Position numbers and translations under genes: made by a program. A stretch of DNA of 64,000 nucleotides from an uncultured delta proteobacterium (GTDB lineage: Bacteria > Myxococcota_A > UBA9160 > UBA6930). The stretch is from the NCBI GenBank assembly GCA_963783795.1, contig CAWAPH010000036.1, positions 4,412 to 68,411 of the forward strand, given 5' to 3'. Within the stretch, counting starts at the first letter, position 1; each line of letters begins with the position of its first letter. Below the pieces are notes generated by a model. That model was not told where the DNA came from, made no database searches, and worked only from the letters and a program-made list of their open reading frames with translations. Positions 8,360 to 17,648 of this stretch are shown here, piece by piece.

Positions 8360-10125
8360 TCCGTGCGCACCCCGGACCCGCTCCCACCGTCCTCCTCCTG
8401 GCCCGGGTCCGTCTTCGGCGCCCCCACCCCGCCACCAGCTGGCGGCATCGCGAGCGTCACGTCCGCCGACTCGAGGTCGTCGGCGAGGCTCCCCTCCTCG
8501 ATCGCGCTCGCCGTCCGGTTGAAGCAGTCGTAGAGTCGGCCCATCTCGTCGTGCCGACTGTGGGTGATGCGCGTGTGGAAGTTCCCCCGGGCGAGCTCGT
8601 CGAGCGAGTCGTGAACCACGTCGAGCGATTTCAGTAGCCGCCGCGCTGCGACGAATGCCACGACACCCACCAGCGCGGCGGCGATGCCGATCAGTCCGAC
8701 CAGCAACCCGGTGGTCAACCTGGCTGCGCGGCGCAGCGGCTCGGTCGAGAGACCGAGGTGGAGCATCCCGCGCGGTTGCGCGCCGAATGTCACGGGCGCC
8801 CTCACGTGGAGAACGTCCTTGCCCTCGCCGCCTTCGACGATCGAGATCCGCAACTCCTGGGTGTCTCGAATGAGCTCGGTCTCCCGGGGCGGAACGTAGC
8901 GCTCTTCCTCGAGTTCGTAGGTGGTTTCGTTGAGGCGGCGGGCTATACCCTCGGTGTCGGTGATGACGAGGTACTCGAGCAAGGGACTCTCACCGCCGCT
9001 GCCGAGGAGGTCGCGCTGCTGGTTGACCTCTTCCACGAACACGGAAACCGCGTACCAGTCGAAGCCGACCTCGCCCGCCTTCTCCTTCGCGATGATCTGC
9101 GCGAGCCGGGCACCCCCTTCGTACGCCTGTTCCTGCATGGCACTGGCCTGGCGACGGTAGATCGCGGTGGCCCCGAGCGTCATGACGCCCGCGAGGAGAA
9201 GGGCGACCAGGGCGCCGACCTTCACCTCCGTGGGCAGTACCTGTCTCCGCTCCTCCTCGGAGCGCTCCAGCGTCCGGAGCTCCCTCCTCAGCGCTTCGGC
9301 TACCTGGTGCCCGTTCGCGAACCGATTCTGGGGCTTCTTGTGCATCAGCTTGCGGACGATGTTTTGAAGGCCGCGCGGCGTTTCCGGCGCGAGCTCACCA
9401 ACCGGGACCGGTTCCGTTTCCTTGATCTGCTCCAGCAGGCTCGTGATGGTGTTGCCGGAAAAGGCCGTGCGACCGGTGAGGATTTCGTAGAGGACCACCC
9501 CGAGGGCAAACAGGTCCGAACGACCGTCCGCCGGATTGCCGCGCGCCTGCTCGGGCGACATGTAGCGCGGCGTGCCGAGGACCGTGCCGACCACGGTCCG
9601 GTTCTCCACGTCCGGACCTTCGACGCGCGCGATGTTGAAGTCCATGATCTTGACGCGCCAATCGGTGCGCGTGACCGCGATGTTGGCGGGCTTGATGTCG
9701 CGGTGTATGACGGCGGGCGCGCTCGAGTGGGCGTAGTGCAGCGCGTCGGCGACCTGGATGGCGATGCGCAGGGCGGCGTCGAGGGGAATCTCCGCGTCCT
9801 GCGCCATGACCTCGTCGAGGGTGAGACCCTCGAGGAGCTCCATGACGATGTAGGGGCGACCGTCCACCTCGCCGACGTCGTGGATCGTGACGATATTGGG
9901 GTGTGTCAGCGGGCCGGCGGCGTTGGCGTCGGACAAGAAGCGGTGTCGGTAATCGGCATCGAGACAGAGCTCCTCCTTGAGGATCTTGATCGCGACGTGC
10001 CGCGGAATCTTCGGATCGTAGGCGTGGTACACATTGGCCATCGCCCCTTCGCCGATTTGCTCCCTGATTTCGTAGCGGTCGATGCGCTCGAGCATCCCCG
10101 ACCCTCCGGTGGCCCCTGAGGGCAA
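8356..10125 (-). CDS. Ser/Thr protein kinase - TM - periplasmic sensor - TM - HAMP
   Basis: Hanks motifs: 'IGEGAMANVY', 'VAIKIL', 'HRDIKPANI', 'DFNIAR', 'GTPRYMSPEQ'. Two hydrophobic segments flank a ~150-aa region. HAMP-like 'LLKSLDVVHDSLDELARGNFHTRITHSRHDEMGRLYDCFNRTA' is followed by an acidic tail. Start may be the ATG at 10095 ('MLERIDRYEI'). Confidence 0.9.
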   Translation of the reverse strand: MPSGATGGSGMLERIDRYEIREQIGEGAMANVYHAYDPKIPRHVAIKILKEELCLDADYRHRFLSDANAAGPLTHPNIVTIHDVGEVDGRPYIVMELLEGLTLDEVMAQDAEIPLDAALRIAIQVADALHYAHSSAPAVIHRDIKPANIAVTRTDWRVKIMDFNIARVEGPDVENRTVVGTVLGTPRYMSPEQARGNPADGRSDLFALGVVLYEILTGRTAFSGNTITSLLEQIKETEPVPVGELAPETPRGLQNIVRKLMHKKPQNRFANGHQVAEALRRELRTLERSEEERRQVLPTEVKVGALVALLLAGVMTLGATAIYRRQASAMQEQAYEGGARLAQIIAKEKAGEVGFDWYAVSVFVEEVNQQRDLLGSGGESPLLEYLVITDTEGIARRLNETTYELEEERYVPPRETELIRDTQELRISIVEGGEGKDVLHVRAPVTFGAQPRGMLHLGLSTEPLRRAARLTTGLLVGLIGIAAALVGVVAFVAARRLLKSLDVVHDSLDELARGNFHTRITHSRHDEMGRLYDCFNRTASAIEEGSLADDLESADVTLAMPPAGGGVGAPKTDPGQEEDGGSGSGVRTE

Positions 10126-10283
10126 GATGGTGAGATTCTTACAGGATTGCGACTCCCCGCCGCCAAGAAGTCGATCCTAGCTGATGGATGGGGTACGGGG
10201 TCTGCAGGCAGTGGCATAAGTCCCCGAGATTGCGAAGGTTGGTGCCTCCCGGCCCCATCGGACATCCAACGCGCCCGCCGAGA

Positions 10284-11357
10284 TCACCTCGTCCGAGAGA
10301 GCTCTTCCGGGAACCTCGACTCGAGCGCGGCGACGATGCGATCCATGCCGTGCACCAACGGATCGGCGGCAGGAACGCCATAGAGCTTCTCGTAGTCGGT
10401 GACGGTGGCCTCGATCTCCTCGGGCGTCATCTCCTCGTGGTTGATGGTGATGGCGACCACGGGGCGCTGCGAGAGCAGCTCGGCGATCGCCTTCTCGCGC
10501 TCGATGCCCGCCAGCTCGTAGCCGGGGAAGCCGTCGTAGTAGCGGCGACGGGGAGCGTGCTGGAGGACGATGGCGTGCGGCCGGCCGGCGGCGAGAAGCT
10601 CGAACCCACCGGGGAAGGCGGGGTTGGTGAGGCAGCCCTGGCCCTCCAGCAGGATCACCCTGGGCCGCCGCTCCAGCCAGGCCCGGTGCACGGCGTGCTC
10701 GATCTCACCGGCCACGAAGTCGTTGATCGTCGCGTCCAGGAACATGCAGTACTCGAGTCCCTGGAACCAGGCGGTCTGGCCGGTGCCGATCATCTCGGTG
10801 GAGACACCCCTGGCCCTGAGCTCCTGCATCAGCAGGCGCGCGGTGGTGCGCTTGCCGACCGCGGAATCGGTGCCCAGAACGGCGATCCGTAGGCTCTCGA
10901 CCTCCTCGATCTTCCCCTCGAAGAAGTGCAGCTCTTCGATCGGCTTGCAGCGGCGAATGTCGCGAATGGCGGCGCCGCCGGCCGCGGCGGCTGCCTGGAA
11001 GTCCGGATCTTCGCCGAGCCGCTGGTGGAGGCCGCTGTCCACGTGGATGCCGAGGCGAAGCGCCTCGACCAGCACCGGCCTGACCTCGGGAGGCAGCACT
11101 CCCCCGTCGGTGGCCATCCCCAGCACCAGGTACTCGGGCCTCTCCGGCAGGGCCGCGAGCGCCGCGCCGAGATCCGAGAAAACGGGAATGCCCGCGGGTC
11201 TCCCATCGAGCACCTCGCCGGCATCGCGTCCGGCGTGGCCCCCGTCGACGACGCCGACCACCCGGTAGCGCTCGGTGCCGCGTACCAGTCCGTGCGCCGT
11301 CTTGCCCACCGGCGTGTCGAAGTACCCGTCGCAGAACACCAGCGCCGTGCCGTCCAT
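10284..11357 (-). CDS. DUF1611 family protein (DgcN-like N-acetyltransferase family)
   Basis: 357 aa. P-loop-like 'VLGTDSAVGKRTTARLL' in the centre and the overall layout are typical of DUF1611. Confidence 0.7.
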   Translation of the reverse strand: MDGTALVFCDGYFDTPVGKTAHGLVRGTERYRVVGVVDGGHAGRDAGEVLDGRPAGIPVFSDLGAALAALPERPEYLVLGMATDGGVLPPEVRPVLVEALRLGIHVDSGLHQRLGEDPDFQAAAAAGGAAIRDIRRCKPIEELHFFEGKIEEVESLRIAVLGTDSAVGKRTTARLLMQELRARGVSTEMIGTGQTAWFQGLEYCMFLDATINDFVAGEIEHAVHRAWLERRPRVILLEGQGCLTNPAFPGGFELLAAGRPHAIVLQHAPRRRYYDGFPGYELAGIEREKAIAELLSQRPVVAITINHEEMTPEEIEATVTDYEKLYGVPAADPLVHGMDRIVAALESRFPEELSRTR

Positions 11358-11361
11358 CGCG

Positions 11362-12585
11362 TCACTCCTGCCTTCCCAACCGCGCCAGGTCGTCGCCCGA
11401 GGGCTTCTGGAAGGGACGCAGTCCGAACTCCGGCGCGATCGCCAGGATGTGGTCGAAGATGTCCGCCTGGATCGCCTCGTAGCTGGCCCAGGCGATGTCG
11501 TTGGTGAAGGCGTAGATCTCGATCGGCAACCCCTCGCCGCCGGGCTGCAGCTGTCGCACCAGGAGCGTCATCCCCTGGTGGATCCTGGGATGGTTCCGCA
11601 GGTAGCTCCGGATGTAGGCCCGCAGCGTTCCGATGTTGGTGAGCCGCCGGATGTCGGCGTTGATCGACTGGTCCCGGCCGGGCTCCGAGTTGTAGCTGGC
11701 GATCTCCTCGCGCTTGGCGTCGATGTAGTCCTTGAGCAGGGCGAAACGGCTGAAGTGCTCGATCTCCCCGTCGTCGAGGAAGCGGATGCTGCTCATGTCG
11801 AAGCAGATGGCGCGCTTGATCCGCCTTCCGCCGGACTGCGACATTCCCCGCCAGTTCTTGAAGGACGTCTCGATCAGCTTGTGGGTGGGAATCGTGGTGA
11901 TGGTCTTGTCCCAGTTCTGGACCTTGACGGTGTGGAGGGCCACGTCGATCACGTCACCGTCGGCGCCGTACTGGGGCATCTCGATCCAGTCGCCGACGTG
12001 GACCATGTCGTTGCCCGTGAGCTGGAGGCTGGCCACCAGCCCCAGGATGGTGTCGCGAAACACCAGCAGCAGCACCGCTGCCATGGCGCCGAGGCCGCTC
12101 AGGAAGACCCAAGGGCTCTTGTCCATCAGTGTGGCCACCACCAGGAGCCCCGCGACCACGTAGAAGAAGATCTTGAGCACCTGGAGATAGCCCTTGATGG
12201 GTCTGCGCCAGTTCTCGGGATCCCGCGAGTAGATCTGGTTCGCCGCCGTCAGGAAGGCACCGGCGGAGAGCGCCACCGCCACCACCATGGTCGCGATCGC
12301 CACGCGCTGGATCAGCACCAACAGGGTCTCGTGCAGGTCGGGAATCAGCGGAACGGCCCAGAGGACGACCAGGGCCGGCGCCAGGTGGGCCAGCCGCAGG
12401 AACACGTCGTTCTCGACCAGCGCGTCGTCCCAGGTGGCGGCACTGCGCGCCGCGATGCGGCGGATCGCAACCACGATCACCTGACGCGCCACGAAGTAGA
12501 CCGCCAGGGCGCCCGCTGCCAGCAGGGCCAGTCCGACGATCTGCGCCACCAGGGGTTGCTCCAACAGGTCATTCAGCTGGGACAT
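11362..12585 (-). CDS. mechanosensitive ion channel family protein (MscS-like)
   Basis: N-terminal TM helices followed by the MscS beta-domain 'VGDWIEMPQYGADGDVIDVALHTVKVQNWDKTITTIPTHKLI'. Start moved to the ATG at 12585 ('MSQLNDLLEQ'). Confidence 0.85.
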   Translation of the reverse strand: MSQLNDLLEQPLVAQIVGLALLAAGALAVYFVARQVIVVAIRRIAARSAATWDDALVENDVFLRLAHLAPALVVLWAVPLIPDLHETLLVLIQRVAIATMVVAVALSAGAFLTAANQIYSRDPENWRRPIKGYLQVLKIFFYVVAGLLVVATLMDKSPWVFLSGLGAMAAVLLLVFRDTILGLVASLQLTGNDMVHVGDWIEMPQYGADGDVIDVALHTVKVQNWDKTITTIPTHKLIETSFKNWRGMSQSGGRRIKRAICFDMSSIRFLDDGEIEHFSRFALLKDYIDAKREEIASYNSEPGRDQSINADIRRLTNIGTLRAYIRSYLRNHPRIHQGMTLLVRQLQPGGEGLPIEIYAFTNDIAWASYEAIQADIFDHILAIAPEFGLRPFQKPSGDDLARLGRQE

Positions 12586-12716
12586 GGCTCCGCTCCGGGC
12601 CCCGACGTGGGCCCCGCCATGGTATCGTGGCTGCCGGTTGCAGCCCGCCTCCACCGCGGTCCGTCGAGGGAGACGGGAATCCTGCCGCAAGTCAGCGAGA
12701 TCCGCGAGAAGCGCCG

Positions 12717-13355
12717 ATGAATCCCTTCGAGAAGATGAGCGACGAGGAGATCCGGAGGATCAACGATCTGCAGCGCGAGCTGTTCGACAAGATCTACCAG
12801 ATCTTCGAGCCCCCTCTCCCGGAAGGAGTACCCGAACGTCTGGAGCGGATCGTCGCGTCCGCCGGAATTCCCGCAGGCGCGAGCGTGCTCGACGTCGGCT
12901 CCGGCACCGGAATCATGGTGCCGCTGATCCGCGCGTGCCGGCCCGCCCGGATCTTCGCCTGCGATCTCTCCGACGCGATGCTGGAACGGCTCCGCGAGAA
13001 CCACCCCGATGTCGAGACGCTCCTGGGGGACGTGCGGAATCTCGAGCTGCCCACCGGGAGTCTCGACGCCGTTCTCGTCAACGCCTGCTACCCCAACATC
13101 GCGGACAAGGCGACCGCGCTCTCCAACATCCGCAGGATGACGAAGCCGGGAGGGCGTCTGGCGATCAGCCATCCGCTCGGGAGGGCTTTCGTCGGGGTGC
13201 TCCGCAAGAACTCCCCGTTTCCCCTCGACGACTTTCCGGAAAGGGCCGGCGCGGAGGCGCTGCTGCGCGCCTTCGGATTCGGCCTCACGAGCTTCGTCGA
13301 CGAGCCGGAGCTCTACATCCTGGTGGGCCAGAGGGACCGGGAAGAGGGAGAATGA
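12717..13355 (+). CDS. class I SAM-dependent methyltransferase
   Basis: Motif I 'VLDVGSGTGIM' and post-I acidic 'ACDLSDAML'. Start moved to the ATG at 12717. Confidence 0.8.
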   Translation: MNPFEKMSDEEIRRINDLQRELFDKIYQIFEPPLPEGVPERLERIVASAGIPAGASVLDVGSGTGIMVPLIRACRPARIFACDLSDAMLERLRENHPDVETLLGDVRNLELPTGSLDAVLVNACYPNIADKATALSNIRRMTKPGGRLAISHPLGRAFVGVLRKNSPFPLDDFPERAGAEALLRAFGFGLTSFVDEPELYILVGQRDREEGE

Positions 13356-13388
13356 GGAGACCATGAGAACCGGAGCGACGGGTGAACC

Positions 13389-14351
13389 ATGTCCATTCTG
13401 ATCACGGGCGGTACGGGTTTCATCGGCGCGGAGATCGTCCGCCAGCTCCTCGAGCGGGGCCAGGACGAAATCCACGTCATGCACCGAAGCGGCAACTTCC
13501 GGCGCCTGCAGGACGTCGCCGATCGGGTGAGCTTCATCCAGGTCGACCTGGCGGATACCGCCCGACTCGGCGAAGCCGTGGCGGCCACGCGGCCGCGGGT
13601 CATCTACCACCTGGGCGCCATCCTGACCGGCCCGGGTGAGGAGAATCCGCAGGCGGCCACGGCGGCGAACGTCTTCGGAACCTATGCACTCCTGGAGGCG
13701 GCCCGCCAGCACGAGGTGGGTCAGTTCCTCTTCGCCAGCAGCATCGGCGTCTACGGGGCCGACATCAGGGAAGACATCATCACCGACTTCACGCTGCAGC
13801 GGCCCTTCTCGATCTACGGCATCACCAAGCTCTTCGGTGAGCAGATGGGCGCCTACTACAAGCGGAAGTACGGCCTCGACTTCCGCGGCATTCGCTATCC
13901 GTCCATCGTCGGTCCCGGGGTGAGCACGCCCAGCGTGGTGCAGTTCACCAGCTGGGTGATCGAGGAGTGCGCCAAGGGGAACCCGTTCACCATCACGGTC
14001 ACGCCCGAGACGACGGTGCCGGTCATGTACTACAAGGACGCCGCGCGGGCGATGATCCAGCTGGGGGAAGCGCCGGCCCCGGGAATCGAGACGGTGAACT
14101 ACCTGGTCGACGGCATCAAGCCCACGCCGACCGCCGGGCAGCTCGCGGAGATCGTGCGGAGCAGGATTCCCGGGGCGCAGATCGGCTTCGAGCCCAACGC
14201 GATTCTGCAGCCCGTGATCGACCAGGTGATCCGCCCCATCGACGATCGCCGCGCCCGCGCGGAGTGGGGCTGGGAACCGGCCTACGACCAGGAGGCGATC
14301 GTGGACGACTTCCTCACCGAAATGAGGGAGAACCCGGAGCGGTACGAGTGA
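13389..14351 (+). CDS. NAD-dependent epimerase/dehydratase (extended SDR; L-threonine 3-dehydrogenase-like)
   Basis: 'ILITGGTGFIGAEI' Rossmann motif and catalytic 'YGITK' (YxxxK). Confidence 0.85.
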   Translation: MSILITGGTGFIGAEIVRQLLERGQDEIHVMHRSGNFRRLQDVADRVSFIQVDLADTARLGEAVAATRPRVIYHLGAILTGPGEENPQAATAANVFGTYALLEAARQHEVGQFLFASSIGVYGADIREDIITDFTLQRPFSIYGITKLFGEQMGAYYKRKYGLDFRGIRYPSIVGPGVSTPSVVQFTSWVIEECAKGNPFTITVTPETTVPVMYYKDAARAMIQLGEAPAPGIETVNYLVDGIKPTPTAGQLAEIVRSRIPGAQIGFEPNAILQPVIDQVIRPIDDRRARAEWGWEPAYDQEAIVDDFLTEMRENPERYE

Positions 14352-14352
14352 C

Positions 14353-14832
14353 GTGATCGACGAGAAGTACGCGGAAGTGGCCGGGCTGCTGGAGGGGGCG
14401 GTCGAAGCGATCCAACGGACCGGGATCCGGGTCTTGGCGTTGCGGGACCGCTACGCCAAGATGCTCATGCCGATCGAGGGCAACGTCAACCACGTCGGCA
14501 TCATGTACGCCGGATCCCTGTTCACACTGGGCGAGATCGCCGGCGGAGCGATTCACCTGGTCTCCTTCGACGTGACCAGGCTGATTCCCATCGTCAAAGA
14601 GGTGAGCATCCGCTTCCGGCGACCGGCTACCACCGACGTGACGATGCAGGTGAAGCTCGCTCCCGAGGAGGCGTCGCGCATCGAGGCCGAGGCGCTCGAC
14701 CAGGGCAAGGCCGACTTCGCACTGGATCTCGAGCTGGTGGACGCGAACGGCGAGGTGGTTGCGATCGTGGGGGGCACCTGGCAGGTGCGCGCGATTCAGC
14801 AGGGGATGCCGGTACTCCCACCGAACAAATAG
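14353..14832 (+). CDS. hotdog-fold thioesterase, YiiD C-terminal-domain-like
   Basis: GTG start 2 nt after the previous stop. 'NHVGIMYAGSLFTLGEIAGG' and a ~155-aa size fit the YiiD_C/PaaI-like thioesterase family. Confidence 0.6.
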   Translation: MIDEKYAEVAGLLEGAVEAIQRTGIRVLALRDRYAKMLMPIEGNVNHVGIMYAGSLFTLGEIAGGAIHLVSFDVTRLIPIVKEVSIRFRRPATTDVTMQVKLAPEEASRIEAEALDQGKADFALDLELVDANGEVVAIVGGTWQVRAIQQGMPVLPPNK

Positions 14833-14985
14833 CTCAGCGACTTCGTCGGACCGGTCGAGGCCCTGAAAACCCCGTCTTTTCCGGTAGTTCCCCGCTGGGA
14901 ACCGAAACCGGCGAGGCTGGAAGGGCTCGGATTGTGCCCGCAAAGCTCATTTGCGACACTCGGTGACGAAAGGGGGCACCGGACA

Positions 14986-15630
14986 ATGAGTCGACTTCTG
15001 ACCTCGATCGCGCTGAGCCTGTCCTGGCTGTTGATCACCACTCCGACGACATTCGCCGAGCCGAATCTGCAGAATGGCAAGACCAAGTTCGTCGTGTGCG
15101 AAGCCTGTCACGGCAAGACCGGAGGCGGCAGCAAGGAGATCGGCGCCCCACGAATCGCCGGCCAGATGGCTGCGTACGAGAAGCGTCAGCTCGAGAACTT
15201 CAAGGCCGGTATCCGCGGCACCAAGCCGGAAGACACCTTCGGCGCCGTGATGCGGCCGATGGCGCTGACGCTCGTCACCGAGCAGGACATCGTGGACACG
15301 ATCGCCTACTTCGACACCCTGGCGCCGGACATCCTCCCGCAGACCGTCCAAGGCGGGAACGCGGCCAAGGGCAAGGACATCTACGCGATCTGTGCCGCCT
15401 GTCACGGCGACGACGGCAAGGGGATCGAGGTGCTCAGCGCTCCCCGCGTCGCCGGAATTCCCGACTGGTACCTCGAACGCCAGGTTCGCAACTTCGACGG
15501 GGGCGTCCGGGGCGCGCACCAGGACGATATCTTCGGCCGCCAGATGGGCGCCATGCAGAAGCTCATGCTCCCGAACGACCAGGCCATCCTCGACGTGATC
15601 GCCTACATCAACTCGCTGCCGAAGGACTGA
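14986..15630 (+). CDS. dihaem c-type cytochrome, periplasmic
   Basis: Two CxxCH sites ('CEACHG', 'CAACHG'), each in a ~100-aa repeat. Signal peptide 'MSRLLTSIALSLSWLLITTPTTFA'. Start moved to the ATG at 14986. Confidence 0.85.
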   Translation: MSRLLTSIALSLSWLLITTPTTFAEPNLQNGKTKFVVCEACHGKTGGGSKEIGAPRIAGQMAAYEKRQLENFKAGIRGTKPEDTFGAVMRPMALTLVTEQDIVDTIAYFDTLAPDILPQTVQGGNAAKGKDIYAICAACHGDDGKGIEVLSAPRVAGIPDWYLERQVRNFDGGVRGAHQDDIFGRQMGAMQKLMLPNDQAILDVIAYINSLPKD

Positions 15631-15639
15631 GGAACGACG

Positions 15640-16302
15640 ATGCAGGTTCGTTACGTCCCCCGTTTCGAGGTCGATGCCGTCCTCCAGCCGGACGCCGCGC
15701 TCTGGCGGGACCAGACGGCCGAGACGGTGAAGATGAAGGGCACCCCGCTCGACATGCAACCCACCGCGGCGATCAAGGCCGCCTGGGCGGGCAAGAAGAT
15801 CGGCATCGTGGAAACGGTGCAGGTGGCCGCGGTCCACGACGGAGAGCGGATCGCCTTCCGCCTGGAGTGGGACGACCCGACCGAGGACAGCACCATCTCC
15901 GACACCACCTCCTTCGTCGACGGCTGCGGCATCCTCCTCCCCGCCGTTCCGTACGCGCCCATGGCCATCATGGGCGCCGTCGGACTGGCGGTGAATGCGT
16001 GGTACTGGATCGCGGACGAGAACGGCCGCGGCCGCCACCTGATGGCCGAGGGGCTCGGCACCACGCGCACCATCGACTACGAGCTGGTGCGGGGCAACGG
16101 TGTCCACAGGAACGGGCGCTGGCACGTGGTCATCGTCAGGGCGATGAAGGTGGAGAGCGCCGAGGAGCCGGTTCAGCTCGAGCCCGGCCAGAGCACCGGC
16201 TTCGGAGTGGCAGTCTGGGAGGGGAACCGCCGCGAGCGGGCGGGGATCAAGGCCATCTCGGGCGACGACTGGATCAAGCTCGACATCGAGCCCACCGCCT
16301 GA
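15640..16302 (+). CDS. EB_dh-domain protein (gamma-subunit-like haem-b domain of type II DMSO-reductase-family enzymes)
   Basis: Pattern 'VAAVHDGERIAFRLEWDDPTED...F.DGCGILLP...MG...NAWYW...GRWHVVIVRAM...GFGVAVWEGNRRERAGIKAIS' matches the ethylbenzene-dehydrogenase gamma-type domain as I recall it. No obvious signal peptide. Confidence 0.65.
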   Translation: MQVRYVPRFEVDAVLQPDAALWRDQTAETVKMKGTPLDMQPTAAIKAAWAGKKIGIVETVQVAAVHDGERIAFRLEWDDPTEDSTISDTTSFVDGCGILLPAVPYAPMAIMGAVGLAVNAWYWIADENGRGRHLMAEGLGTTRTIDYELVRGNGVHRNGRWHVVIVRAMKVESAEEPVQLEPGQSTGFGVAVWEGNRRERAGIKAISGDDWIKLDIEPTA

Positions 16303-16310
16303 GGAAGCGG

Positions 16311-17648
16311 CTAGCCCGCAGCCCTCATCAGCTCCGCACCTTCGCCGATCGCGCCCAGGTTGGCCTTGGCGACGTCCGCCTTCTGGAACGACTCGACTGC
16401 GGTGGCGAACGCTTCCACCGGGAATATCCGGCTGTGCTCGAGCAGCGCCGCCAGGGCCGCCGTCGCCACGCAGAGCCTGCCCACCCGTCTTCCCAGCTCG
16501 GCGAAGGGAAGACGCCGGACCTGCGCCCCGGTCTTCGGCAGCTCCAGGGTCTGCTCGGCGTAGACGACGCAGCCCGGCGCGAGCTTCTCGATCCTGGCGC
16601 GAACGCGCGCCAGGCCTTCCGCTGAGAGCACGACGAAGAAGTCCGGGGAGTCGATTCCGGTGTAGTCGATGCGCTCGGGGCTGACGATGATCTCCGCGAC
16701 CGAGTGGCCGGTCTTCACCGTGATCGGGTAGTCGTCCTTCTGGGTGGCGCTGAGGCCGGCGAAGATCGCCCCCTCCGCAAAGAGGGTGGCCGTGGACCGG
16801 ATCTTCTGGCCCGCGCTGCCCGCGATGACGATTCCCGTCTGCCTCTCGACCGCATGGGAATGGCGGCGCTCGATGCCGGGCCTGGCCTGGCTGCGCTGTC
16901 TGCCCGCCCGGCACGCGTCCCGGTACCGGACGCTGTACTCGGGGCGCGGCCGGTCCACCTGGAGGCCGAGTCCCAGGCCGTGCTCGTCACTCAGGGCGAG
17001 GAGATCCCTCTTCTTGAACCGATTGCGCGGCATGTAGTAGGCCGTGCAGAGCTCCCAGACATCGACCATGGCGAAGCCGGGCTGCTCGATCGCGGCGGCG
17101 ATGACGTCGGCCAGGTCGTTGTCGAAGGCGGTGGCCCGGTAGACCCACGCCGCCCCCGCGGCCACCGCAACGCCGCACAGATCCATCGGCCCCTCGACGT
17201 TCCCCCAGGGCGTGGTGGCGGTGAGGCCATCGGTTGGCGTGGTCACCGAGTGCTGGCCCCCGGTCATGCCGTAGTTGAAGTTGTTGGCGACGATCAGCGT
17301 GATGCCGATGTTGCGCCGGGCCACGTTCAGCAGGTGCGTGCCGCCGATCCCGCAGCCGCCATCGCCCTTGAGGGCGATCACGGTCAGCTCGGGCCGCGCC
17401 AGCTTGAGCCCGCAGGCGTAGGTGATCGACCGGCCGTGCAGGCCGTGGAAGGCGCTGGTGGCGAAGTGCCGGTCGGAGAGCCCGATGCAGCCGATGTCGG
17501 TGACGATGACCACGTCCTTCGGGTCGAGCTGCAGCTTGACGAGCGCCGCGTCGAGGGCCTTGACCAGCGGCTCGTGACCGCAGCCCGGGCAGTAGGGCAG
17601 GGGCCCGATCTCGTCGGTCATGTAGGTCTGGTAGCGGTTCCCGCTCAC
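16311..17648 (-). CDS. 2-oxoacid:ferredoxin oxidoreductase beta subunit fused to gamma domain
   Basis: Lower part of track ORF 16311..18929. 'PYCPGCGH', the TPP motif 'GDGGCGIGGTHLLNVARRNIGITLIVANNFNYGMTGGQ', then the gamma domain 'GIVIAGSAGQKIRSTATLFAEGA...YPITVKTGHSVAEIIVS'. GTG at 17648 overlaps the alpha stop (GTGA). An alternative ATG is at 17621. Confidence 0.85.
   Translation of the reverse strand: MSGNRYQTYMTDEIGPLPYCPGCGHEPLVKALDAALVKLQLDPKDVVIVTDIGCIGLSDRHFATSAFHGLHGRSITYACGLKLARPELTVIALKGDGGCGIGGTHLLNVARRNIGITLIVANNFNYGMTGGQHSVTTPTDGLTATTPWGNVEGPMDLCGVAVAAGAAWVYRATAFDNDLADVIAAAIEQPGFAMVDVWELCTAYYMPRNRFKKRDLLALSDEHGLGLGLQVDRPRPEYSVRYRDACRAGRQRSQARPGIERRHSHAVERQTGIVIAGSAGQKIRSTATLFAEGAIFAGLSATQKDDYPITVKTGHSVAEIIVSPERIDYTGIDSPDFFVVLSAEGLARVRARIEKLAPGCVVYAEQTLELPKTGAQVRRLPFAELGRRVGRLCVATAALAALLEHSRIFPVEAFATAVESFQKADVAKANLGAIGEGAELMRAAG

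Noticed and set aside
6546-8435. The 629-aa ORF treated as one gene.
   Set aside because: Its upstream 360 codons overlap the deacetylase gene out of frame and are Arg/Gly-rich. Only the last 268 codons (GTG at 7352, signal peptide plus TPR repeats) look real.
14887-14902. Hairpin GTTCCC-CGCT-GGGAAC after the thioesterase gene, as a possible terminator.
   Set aside because: The stem is only 6 bp, there is no U-tract, and the hairpin lies in the leader of the cytochrome c gene. The evidence is too weak to call.
5165-16914. Other long shadow ORFs: 5165..6373 -, 7025..8533 +, 8758..10119 +, 10188..10892 +, 11275..12720 +, 12573..13712 -, 14947..16914 -, 15096..16625 +.
   Set aside because: Each lies antisense to, or out of frame with, a gene that has clear family motifs. 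Their composition is low-complexity Arg/Gly/Pro/Ala.
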